A stretch of 30,096 bases of DNA, taken from contig JAUQYZ020000261.1 in assembly GCA_030587475.2 (NCBI GenBank), positions 1 through 30,096 on the forward strand, given 5' to 3'. Both the position numbers and the translations under genes were made by a program. Shown in pieces: positions 8,765 to 17,170 of the stretch (positions within the stretch are counted from its first letter, which is position 1; each line of letters begins with the position of its first letter). The notes under the pieces are model-generated. The model saw only the letters and a list, made by a program, of their open reading frames with translations, was not told where the DNA came from and did no database searches. Source of the DNA: Candidatus Sigynarchaeum calidifontis (GTDB lineage Archaea; Asgardarchaeota; Lokiarchaeia; Sigyniarchaeales; Sigyniarchaeaceae).

Positions 8765-9721
8765 ATGTCGATTTGTGAGAAAGATCTTAGACTTATACGA
8801 GAATTGACTTCTTTAGGGGAAGACAAGATTGATTTAAAATACGTGAAGGTACAGGAAGTCAAAAACGGGCGCATCACGAATCTGAGTCTTATGCGATCTG
8901 GAATCGACGTGCTCCCCGAGAATATCGGTGAGCTCGACGCACTGGAACGCTTCAACTTGTTCGAAAACCAACTTGAAAAACTCCCAGACTCTTTTCGTAA
9001 ATTCCATTTATTACGCGAATTAAACTTAGGTTTCAATCGATTTACGAGAATACCTGGAGTAGTCTATGAATTGAGCGCACTTGAGACGCTTGCCATCAAC
9101 AATAATTTCATTTCCCTCATCGATGATCGATTAATTGATTTAGCGAAATTAAAACATTTAAATCTCGACAGTAACCGATTATCTGATAATAATTTGAAGA
9201 TGTGCCACAGCCTCTTCAATTGCACTAAGTTAGAGACTCTTCAAATGAATGCGAACGATTTATGGATACTCACTGAAGATATTAGTCAGATGCAGGCGTT
9301 AAAAAGTATCTCGTTATATAGAAACAAGCTTGTGAAAGTTCCTGAGAGTATTGGGTTATTGAGCGGCTTGAGAGAATTGCGCTTACATACGAATAAAATA
9401 ACGGTTATTCCTGATAGCATCTGTAATATAAAAGGGTTAGAAATTCTGGACATCGGGGACAATCCAATCTCTCATCTGCCAAAGGATATAGGAGAATTGC
9501 GTTCCTTGCGTTCTCTTAATCTTGAAGATACGAAGATCGACACTTTACCTGATAGCTTCGCAAATTTGGAGAATTTAAAGGAGTTACACATTAGTGGATC
9601 TGCATTCACCACATTACCTTCTTTTCTTGCAAAAATGCCGCAGCTTGAATCGATAACAACTTATGGAGGCAGTCCAATTCGCTGGAATCCCCCCGCGGAA
9701 CTAAAGCACTTGATAGAGTGA
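8765..9721 (+). CDS. Leucine-rich repeat protein (about 11-12 mostly 23-residue repeats)
   Basis: Repeated LxxLxLxxNxLxxLPxxIxxLxx, e.g. LKSISLYRNKLVKVPESIGLLSG and LRELRLHTNKITVIPDSICNIKG. Confidence 0.95.
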   Translation: MSICEKDLRLIRELTSLGEDKIDLKYVKVQEVKNGRITNLSLMRSGIDVLPENIGELDALERFNLFENQLEKLPDSFRKFHLLRELNLGFNRFTRIPGVVYELSALETLAINNNFISLIDDRLIDLAKLKHLNLDSNRLSDNNLKMCHSLFNCTKLETLQMNANDLWILTEDISQMQALKSISLYRNKLVKVPESIGLLSGLRELRLHTNKITVIPDSICNIKGLEILDIGDNPISHLPKDIGELRSLRSLNLEDTKIDTLPDSFANLENLKELHISGSAFTTLPSFLAKMPQLESITTYGGSPIRWNPPAELKHLIE

Positions 9722-9895
9722 AGTATGTTTTGCATCGTTCATTCCCAGAGAAAGAAAACTTGAGAGCCGGGATACTTTCTTCACTTTTTAAGCGGCTGAT
9801 CACGTAAGCACTATGGACCCGTGCTTCATTTTCCGGTCGGTTTCATCGCATCTTTCACACCAGGAAAGAGAAGGTGCAAGCGGGGATGTGTTCCT

Positions 9896-10274
9896 TCAGC
9901 GGCAGAATGCCTTGCGGAGCAGCCACACCCCTGCGAGAACCGCGATGTCGACTCCCAGCACGATTATGTGCACGGCCGGGAAGAACGCGCATTTGAGCAC
10001 GTCCATGGGCCCGCCGCTTCCGTCCTCGACGCAGAACAAGCCTTCACAAGCGTCAATAACCGCCGCGATTAGACCAAACACTACTTGGTACGCGAGCGTG
10101 CACAAGTAGATGATAGGGAACTCGGCTGTGTTGTCCCGCCCGTCCCCGGGCATGAATGGTTCCTTGTGCCACAGTAAATAGTTGGAGTTGGCGATGTTGA
10201 TGACCGAGATCACGACGGGAATACAGATACCGAGAAAGAGTTCGAGGTTCCGCTTCTCTTGCTTGCTTTTTCAA
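9896..10274 (-). pseudogene. Small membrane protein, possibly frameshifted near its 5' end (intact ORF 9896-10213)
   Basis: Hydrophobic helices in 9896-10213. The frame continues upstream (KQEKRNLELFLGICIPVV) with no in-frame start, while TTG 10274 is out of frame by one 4-nt repeat unit. Confidence 0.4.
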
Positions 10275-10387
10275 GGCGGGTAACCGCGCGTGGTTATGGA
10301 CGAAGAACCCATCTCCGGCAACGCGGGTTCAACTTTATTTTCACCGAGTACCCACAAGGATTATCCAACGATCCGAGGCAATGGCAC

Positions 10388-10858
10388 GTGGCGGAACGAA
10401 CCGGCAGTGGTAAAAAATCGTCGTGGGAGGCTGCATTCAAGGACCAGCTCCGCAAGCATCCCGATCCCGCCCAGTTCCAGGCCGACGTCATCCGGATCAT
10501 GCTCGAGATGCTCCCGGCTCCCGAGGACAGCATCCCTCGCGCCATCGACAAGCACCAGGCCAGCGTGCGTTCCGGGTTCCTCGTGTCCATCTTCGGCGAC
10601 GCTGCCCGCGTCAAGATCATCGAAGCCTTCCTCCAGCACCCCGACGACTGGTTCAACCTCCAGGACCTCGCCACGATATCCGGAACGGGCAAGGCGAGCG
10701 CCAAGCGAGTCGTCGACGATCTCCTGGCCTCCAAGCTCGGTCTCGTGGAGGAAAAAGCCAAGGAGGGCAAGGAGATCGAGCGTCTCGTCAAGCTCAAGGA
10801 CTCGCCGCTCGCCAAGGAACTGCGTTTCCTTTACGTGAAACTGCGTGGCTTGCTCTGA
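10388..10858 (+). CDS. Winged helix-turn-helix DNA-binding protein (ArsR-like wHTH)
   Basis: IFGDAARVKIIEAFLQHPDDWFNLQDLATISGTGKASAKRVVDDLLASKLGLV...LVKL fits a wHTH. GTG 10388 start assumed. Confidence 0.72.
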   Translation: MAERTGSGKKSSWEAAFKDQLRKHPDPAQFQADVIRIMLEMLPAPEDSIPRAIDKHQASVRSGFLVSIFGDAARVKIIEAFLQHPDDWFNLQDLATISGTGKASAKRVVDDLLASKLGLVEEKAKEGKEIERLVKLKDSPLAKELRFLYVKLRGLL

Positions 10859-13800
10859 TCAAGAAAAATCCGCGAGCGATGTCTGCTTTCTCGTGCCGTT
10901 GAATATCGTCGATTCAACGCGCTCGGCAAGGATTTGCATCTTCTGCTGTGTATAGGGCGGGAGGTTGTACTCTTTCGCCATGTGCAGCGCGAGTTCCAGG
11001 TATTTCTTGATGCTCCCCGACGAGACGGTAAGGGTTAATGACGTGTTACCGCACTTGCATTTCCCCGATAGCGGCGGCCGGCGGTACTTCTCGTTGCATT
11101 TCGTGCACCTGAACTGCTGGCTCGTGAACGCGCGCAAGTTTCCCATGATATCCGGCGTGAAATGCGCCGAGATCACGCGCTTGGCCTGGTCAGCCCCGTC
11201 CACTGCCGCGATCTTCTTGGCAAGGGCAAACTGCGCCACGATCTTGTCCTCCATCGATTCGAGTTCCTTGTACGCCGTCGTTTTCGGCCCCTCGTTGATG
11301 CTCGTCGTCGGGTGGGTGAACCCGGCACCCTCGTACTGGCCCACCGTGCCGAGCCTGTCCTTGACCGTCTCGACGAGCTTGGCCAGCTTCTTGGGGTCGG
11401 GATATTCTTGCGATTTCTCGTAGAACTCGATCGGGTAGCTGAAGCACGTGTCCACGTTGTGTGCCTCGGCATCGACTTCCTCGGGCACGACCCGGCTGGA
11501 AATGACGAGCGGCGTGTCCATCTTCGCGCCCGTGCTGGAGGGTAAATAATACCGGGAGAAATTCAAGATGACATCGAGGAAGAGGAGAATTCCATCCTCA
11601 TCACCATCGCAATTGCGCCTTTTCGCGGCGTGATATGTTGGAGTGGCGTACCCGACGTTTGCTGTCGTGAATCCGATGACCCGGCCGACGATCCCGGCTG
11701 ACGTGTGCGGCGCCAGGCCGATGACCAGCTGCCCGATGAAGTCCCGCTCGGTCTTGATGTTATAATAGCGCGGCATGCCGTACACCTTCTCGAGCAAGTC
11801 GTCGACGAACGAGGCGACCTTGAAGAGGTATTTCAGCGATGCCTTCGGCAAGAGGATGTCTTGTATTTTCAACTCGCATACCTGGTTCGGGTGCTCGAGA
11901 GGCTTCCCGAACACGTCATGGGTATAGCCGAGTTTCTTTATGTCGTCGACCGTCGCGAAGATCTCCCGCGGGCAGAAATGCGTGAGCGGAACGTCGGTCG
12001 TGTCGAACCGAGCGGTGCCGTCCTTGTACACGTAGACCTCGTGCTTCGCCCGGAGCATGCCCTTTTCCAGCGGCTCGGGGATCTTGTGGGCGCTCGATAA
12101 CCCCTTGATCGCCTTGATCGTGGGCATGTTGAAGTTGACCCGCTTCATCGCGGCGGTGTACAAGTTGACCAGGTTCACCTCGCGGTTCGAGTAATACTGC
12201 CCGATGGCCCCGCACGATGGACACGTGTCCTCTCCCTCCTTGAGCACTTTCTTGCACTTGTTGCACGATTTGAAAAAGACCGTGTCTTTCTTGCACTTGT
12301 GGCACACGGGCAAGAAGGTCACGGCGCCGCAATCGGGGCACGCGCGGTTGGCCAGGTCGACCTTGATGACACGCTTTTTCATGGCATCCTGGAATATCCG
12401 TTGGGCACCCGAATCGTGGCCGATCGGGAACAAGACATGGACGGGCGGGTTCATCTTGCGTTCCTTGGCCTTTTCCGGCCGGCCCATGCGAAGCCCCATG
12501 AAGTAAGGTGCCTTGTCGCGTATCTTGATTTCCGAATACTTGTTGATGGCCTCCACCGCGTTAGTTACAGTGAGATCTATGAATGCGCCGGGATTTCGCA
12601 GGCCGAGGGTCTCTATCAGCGGTAAACTCTCGTCGAGAAAGTCATAAACATCGCCGTCCACGACATGCGGGATGCAAGCACGTTCGAGCAATCGCTTCAT
12701 CTCGGGATCGTGCGGTATCGTGAGGTGCGTGTTCCCCGCATCATCTTTCCTGACCACCTTGCCCGCTGCGAGCCACGTGCGCAAGGCATCTAGCTGTTGG
12801 AGGCTCAACGCGTTCCAGAAATACACGTATCGAGGGTGTAACGGTATGCCGAGCACCCTGGACAGCTCAATGGCGTGCACGGGCCCCGGTTTCTTGTAAA
12901 AGAAATCATCGATCCACGATTGTACCAGGCCGGGGTCGGCCTTGATGGCCGATGCGAGGCCCGCCACGTCCATTGACCTTGCCGCCATGGCCCGCTTCAC
13001 TTCGAGGATCCACCACTCCTCGACCCATGGTGATGGCATGATCTCGTGGTTATTCTCCGCGAATTCCCCGAAACCGATGAGCACGTCCCCAAGAAAGAGG
13101 ACTTTCTCTATAGCCGGGACGATCTTCTCGATCCCCTTCGTTTTTTCGATCCGGACAACGTCCCCGCTCCTCAATCGCACGATGGGACCCTCGATCGAGT
13201 CCACGGGCATGCACACCGTGCTCTTGCCAGGCCGCTCGACGCGCATCTGCGTGCCGATGGCCATGAATCTGTCGGTCGCGTACATCGTTGCCGGGTGAAA
13301 GCCGTAGCCTGCCAGGCCCATGTCGCGCGAGTGCCCGTACCTGATCCGGAACCCCCCGTGAGCGGAGGGATGGGCGATGATCGGCCGGCCCGCGATGACC
13401 TCGGAGATGAACTTGTCTTTGGGCTCGATCCTCTTCTTGCCTTCCTTTTTTTCCTCCTTTTTCGCGCCCTGGAACAGCTCGTCACCGAATTTCTTGTCGG
13501 CCATGTTATCTAATTGTTTATCATCGTGGTTACCTTTCGGGATATGCTTGAGCCAATCCCATCCCTCTTTTAACGCCTTGATGCCAAGGGCGTCGATGAT
13601 CTTGTTGAGTTTTGGAGCTTTCGCGAGCACGCCATCATTGACGACAAGGCAAGCCCCGCCCCGGATCGCGTTCGTCTCGATGCGGGGAAGGTTTCGGTGA
13701 GCCGAGACCTCTTCCGGGTTGGTCTGGTCGCCGGTGACCTCGACGGTCAGGTGGCGAACGACCCAGTCGAGTTCCTCGACCTTGCTCGTGTATTGGAGAT

Positions 13801-14377
13801 TCACGACCTTGTCGTAAAGCTTGATCTCCTCGATATACCGGGCGACCTCGTCCTCCGTGGGTATCCATTTACCAAGTCCGAGCATCTGTCGTATGTGATC
13901 GGCGATGAGTACCACGTATGCCTGGGTCGTGCCTCCGGCCGCTCGGATGGGCCCTTGAAAGTAAAGCGCGAGGTAAGCGCCATTTGGATCTTTCTTGATC
14001 TTGATCTCGCCTATGCCCTCGAGTGGAGCAGAGACAACGCCCTCCGTCTTGATGGCCAGCGCGCAGCGAATGGCCAGATCGGCGGCATATTGCGGGTCCT
14101 TGTCCTTGTAATCGTTCACGATCTTCTCGGCGACCTTAAAAGCGACCTTGTCTCTATCAAGGGTCATCGAGAGATCCCGAATGTAAGCCGCGATGCCCTT
14201 TGGCCCGACGAGTTCCTCCACGCGGCCGGCGATGTCCGGTGCCACGTTAACCTCGGGCTCTGGTACGGGGTCAATTCCCCCTTTTCTCCTTGCCTCGCGG
14301 GCGATCTTGTACATCTCCTCAATCTTGTCGTCGATCTCCTTGAAATAACGTGCCATTGCTTCGGACATGACGACCAT
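10859..14377 (-). CDS. polC: DNA polymerase D large (catalytic) subunit DP2
   Basis: TEGVVSAPLEGI, GPIRAAGGT, GGFRIRYG, RMGRPEKAKERKM, catalytic KRRNCDGDED, Cys4 zinc clusters and C-terminal PIP box KQTSLADF. No intein seen. Confidence 0.98.
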   Translation of the reverse strand: MVVMSEAMARYFKEIDDKIEEMYKIAREARRKGGIDPVPEPEVNVAPDIAGRVEELVGPKGIAAYIRDLSMTLDRDKVAFKVAEKIVNDYKDKDPQYAADLAIRCALAIKTEGVVSAPLEGIGEIKIKKDPNGAYLALYFQGPIRAAGGTTQAYVVLIADHIRQMLGLGKWIPTEDEVARYIEEIKLYDKVVNLQYTSKVEELDWVVRHLTVEVTGDQTNPEEVSAHRNLPRIETNAIRGGACLVVNDGVLAKAPKLNKIIDALGIKALKEGWDWLKHIPKGNHDDKQLDNMADKKFGDELFQGAKKEEKKEGKKRIEPKDKFISEVIAGRPIIAHPSAHGGFRIRYGHSRDMGLAGYGFHPATMYATDRFMAIGTQMRVERPGKSTVCMPVDSIEGPIVRLRSGDVVRIEKTKGIEKIVPAIEKVLFLGDVLIGFGEFAENNHEIMPSPWVEEWWILEVKRAMAARSMDVAGLASAIKADPGLVQSWIDDFFYKKPGPVHAIELSRVLGIPLHPRYVYFWNALSLQQLDALRTWLAAGKVVRKDDAGNTHLTIPHDPEMKRLLERACIPHVVDGDVYDFLDESLPLIETLGLRNPGAFIDLTVTNAVEAINKYSEIKIRDKAPYFMGLRMGRPEKAKERKMNPPVHVLFPIGHDSGAQRIFQDAMKKRVIKVDLANRACPDCGAVTFLPVCHKCKKDTVFFKSCNKCKKVLKEGEDTCPSCGAIGQYYSNREVNLVNLYTAAMKRVNFNMPTIKAIKGLSSAHKIPEPLEKGMLRAKHEVYVYKDGTARFDTTDVPLTHFCPREIFATVDDIKKLGYTHDVFGKPLEHPNQVCELKIQDILLPKASLKYLFKVASFVDDLLEKVYGMPRYYNIKTERDFIGQLVIGLAPHTSAGIVGRVIGFTTANVGYATPTYHAAKRRNCDGDEDGILLFLDVILNFSRYYLPSSTGAKMDTPLVISSRVVPEEVDAEAHNVDTCFSYPIEFYEKSQEYPDPKKLAKLVETVKDRLGTVGQYEGAGFTHPTTSINEGPKTTAYKELESMEDKIVAQFALAKKIAAVDGADQAKRVISAHFTPDIMGNLRAFTSQQFRCTKCNEKYRRPPLSGKCKCGNTSLTLTVSSGSIKKYLELALHMAKEYNLPPYTQQKMQILAERVESTIFNGTRKQTSLADFS

Positions 14378-14502
14378 GGATCAAACCTTCACCCGCGCGT
14401 TGACTTCATCGTGCAACGAGGGAAAATAAAGGTTTCTGGCTTAATATTGCACGTTGTTAACGCGCCATTACCGGGTATCCCGCTCGCCCGCATTCTCGCC
14501 GC

Positions 14503-14522
14503 GTTATTAAATTATTAATAAC
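14503..14522. promoter_or_regulatory. AT-rich palindrome in the DP2/DP1 divergent intergenic region
   Basis: GTTATTAA-ATTA-TTAATAAC (8-bp arms, 4-nt spacer). Confidence 0.4.
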
Positions 14523-14756
14523 CGCAAGGAATGATGCACGAACATCAATGGTTGATTTTCGTCGCTCGTCAACGCATGGTGCAATTATGCAGAGACTCGC
14601 GCAACGGTTAACGCGAATCCTAATATGTGATTGGGAACCATAATTTCTTACATCAAGCACCCGCGTGGATCTGGGCGGGCACAGCTTCGCGTCCGTCACC
14701 TCGATTAGCGAGCCTTCCACGCGGGGCACGACGCGTGATCGGGCGATCAAGCGACC

Positions 14757-16520
14757 ATGACCATCGAGGAACCGCTGGACAAGGCAATTATCATGGACTT
14801 CTTGCGTGCAGGTTTCAATATCACGCCCGGTGCCTTGTCCTTCATAAAACAGCGAGATGATCCCTCGCAGTTCGCCCAGCTTCTCTTGAAATCGTTCAGA
14901 AGCACGCGGCAGCACCAGACCATCACCCGCGAGATGCTCGAGTCGATCGATAACGCGGTGGCTAAACTCGTGAGCGGCTTGGCCAAGGCGCAGGTAACCG
15001 CTGGCGGGGCACTAGCAGAGCGCGCGGCGGAAAAAGCATCACTAAACGAGTCGGAGACGAAGGATAGCACCGAGCGATTACTTGCCACGCCAGGGTCAAG
15101 AGCAGGGCCCATCGGCAAAGCATCTACATCCACGCCCGAGAGACCTGCGAGAAGTACATTTACTGAGGCTCAGGCATCTATCGATTCCGTCTCGATCGAC
15201 GAAATCCCCGTCCCGGCAACAAGTGCTCATTCCCGCGACAGCGACTTGACATCTAAATCCACGATCATTCCACTCGCCAAGGAGTATGCTGCCAGGGTAA
15301 AGGTCATCGAGGACTGCACGGGAAAGCTAAGGAACGATGGCGAGTTCAACGATTTCCTCCACTTGTTCTCTGACAGATTCGAGAAGATCAAGAACATCTT
15401 TAAGAACAGGAGCGATATCCCCCGGATCGTCGACATCGGAGACGTTGGCGAAGCATCCCGTGCCGGAGAGGAGTGTTATATCATCGGCATGGTCGTGGAC
15501 AAGCGACAGACCAAGTCAGGTAACCTTATGCTGGAGATCGACGACAACACGGGACACACGAACGTCGTCATCTCCACGAAGATCAAGGATCCCAGGATCC
15601 TGACTACCATCGTACTTGATGAGGTGCTTTGCTTCAAAGGATTTAGCAAGGAGGGCTTTTTCTTCGCCACCGATTTTTACTGGCCCGACGTGAAGCGAAA
15701 CCGAAGGCCGCAGCTCGCCAGCGAGGACCTGTCGATCGCGCTCATCTCGGATATCCATATCGGAAGCGACAATCATCTCGGCGTGCTATGGGACAAGTTC
15801 AAGCGCTGGATCCGTGGTGAAGGGTTATCCGAGAAAGCGCGGGAATTTGCCGGGAAAGTGAAATATGTCGCCATCGCAGGCGACCTTGTCGACGGCATCG
15901 GGGTATACCCGACGCAAGAGGATCACCTCGTCATCAAAGACGTCTACCAGCAGTTCGACAAGGCTGCCGAGATGCTGCGGGAACTCCCCGATTACATCAC
16001 GTTCATCGTCTCGCCGGGCTCGCACGAACCTGTCCGCAGGGCATTGCCCCAGCCCGCGATCCCGAGATCTTACGCGAGAGGCTTGTACGACCTCAAGGCG
16101 GTAATGGTCGGTAACCCGGCCGTCGTCGAGACGCACGGCGTCAAGACCATGCTCTTCCACGGCGAGAGTTTCATCGACTTGGCTATCGACATCCCGGGCA
16201 TGTCGAACAGTAATCCAGAAAAAGCTATGGAGAAATTAATGACGTGTCGGCACCTGGCACCATCATTCGGTAAAAAGACCGAACTCGCCCCAGACAAGAA
16301 AGACTGGCTCGTCATCAACGAGGTGCCAGACATCCTCCACACGGGACACGTCCATTGCAACGGCGTCAAGCAATACCATGGCACGTGGCTCGTCAATTCC
16401 GGCTGCTTCCAGGGCCAAACGGACTTCATGAAAGGGCTGGGAATCGAACCAAGCCCGGGAAAGCCTAATATCATTTCCCTCAAGAGCTTCCAGTTGACCA
16501 CGCTGAACCTGTCTGGGTGA
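14757..16520 (+). CDS. polB: DNA polymerase D small (proofreading exonuclease) subunit DP1
   Basis: OB-fold region (IIGMVVDKRQTKSGNLMLEIDDNTG) and phosphoesterase motifs SDIHIG, AGDLVDG, PGSHE, FHG, RHLAP and HTGHVH; disordered N-terminal linker. Confidence 0.96.
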   Translation: MTIEEPLDKAIIMDFLRAGFNITPGALSFIKQRDDPSQFAQLLLKSFRSTRQHQTITREMLESIDNAVAKLVSGLAKAQVTAGGALAERAAEKASLNESETKDSTERLLATPGSRAGPIGKASTSTPERPARSTFTEAQASIDSVSIDEIPVPATSAHSRDSDLTSKSTIIPLAKEYAARVKVIEDCTGKLRNDGEFNDFLHLFSDRFEKIKNIFKNRSDIPRIVDIGDVGEASRAGEECYIIGMVVDKRQTKSGNLMLEIDDNTGHTNVVISTKIKDPRILTTIVLDEVLCFKGFSKEGFFFATDFYWPDVKRNRRPQLASEDLSIALISDIHIGSDNHLGVLWDKFKRWIRGEGLSEKAREFAGKVKYVAIAGDLVDGIGVYPTQEDHLVIKDVYQQFDKAAEMLRELPDYITFIVSPGSHEPVRRALPQPAIPRSYARGLYDLKAVMVGNPAVVETHGVKTMLFHGESFIDLAIDIPGMSNSNPEKAMEKLMTCRHLAPSFGKKTELAPDKKDWLVINEVPDILHTGHVHCNGVKQYHGTWLVNSGCFQGQTDFMKGLGIEPSPGKPNIISLKSFQLTTLNLSG

Positions 16521-17131
16521 CCGGGATGATCTCGTTAAAGCCAAAATCAAACCAGCCGAAGGACGTGCTGACGCACGTGTATTATTGCCTCGGAAAAGAC
16601 ACGATCCCTTTCCAGGAACTCGTTTTTTACATGGCCTTCGATCTCAAGCTGTTCCCGCCATCTGAATGCGAGAAAACGCTCGAAGCGGCAAGGAAAGAAG
16701 GATTGATCGACATCGCAGCCGACAAGATCGTGACGATCTACACGCGGCGGTTCATCCAGAGCGGAAAAGAGGCGACAGTACAAGATATCGTCAACGCGCT
16801 CGCCTTTAACGAGGCGGAGATTACCAAAGCGGTGAAAATCAAGCCGGATTGCATGAAAACTTTTAACATCGATGGCAAGACGGGCGTGCTCACGATCACG
16901 TTCACAGAAGATCCCCGAGGGAAGAAATACACGATTTTGGTCGATCCGGGACAGAAAACGCTGCACCAGGAATGCGACGAGGACGTGTTGGCGTTGAAAA
17001 ATAAGCGAGTGTTGCTGAAGCACGCGCTGCGCGCCGTTATGCTACTGAAGGGCAACAAGGAAGCACTCGACATCTTCAAGGACGTGCTCGTCAACATAAA
17101 GGACTGGAAGTTCACTTATTCGGGCGTCTGA
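16517..17131 (+). CDS. DUF2240-like (N-terminal) protein, translationally coupled to DP1
   Basis: GTGA start/stop overlap with DP1. GKDTIPFQELVFYMAFDLKLFPPSECEKTLEAARKEGLI resembles the DUF2240 N-terminal helical domain (from memory). Confidence 0.65.
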   Translation: MTGMISLKPKSNQPKDVLTHVYYCLGKDTIPFQELVFYMAFDLKLFPPSECEKTLEAARKEGLIDIAADKIVTIYTRRFIQSGKEATVQDIVNALAFNEAEITKAVKIKPDCMKTFNIDGKTGVLTITFTEDPRGKKYTILVDPGQKTLHQECDEDVLALKNKRVLLKHALRAVMLLKGNKEALDIFKDVLVNIKDWKFTYSGV

Positions 17132-17170
17132 AAGATGGGAAAAAAGAGAGAGGAGTTAGGGAGGCGTTCA

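Noticed and set aside
8180-9810. Mobile element boundaries around the AT-rich islet
   Set aside because: No transposase or integrase, terminal inverted repeats, convincing target-site duplication or adjacent tRNA found.
14660-14725. tRNA or SECIS element
   Set aside because: No T-loop (GTTCRA) or cloverleaf. The minus strand has GTGA...AGAT, but the enclosed helix is short and mismatched and no UGA-containing selenoprotein gene is adjacent.
14378-14756. Replication origin between the PolD genes
   Set aside because: No ORB-like motif (TTCCA-N-TGGAAAC with a G-string) and no cdc6/orc1 gene seen; only a short AT-rich palindrome.
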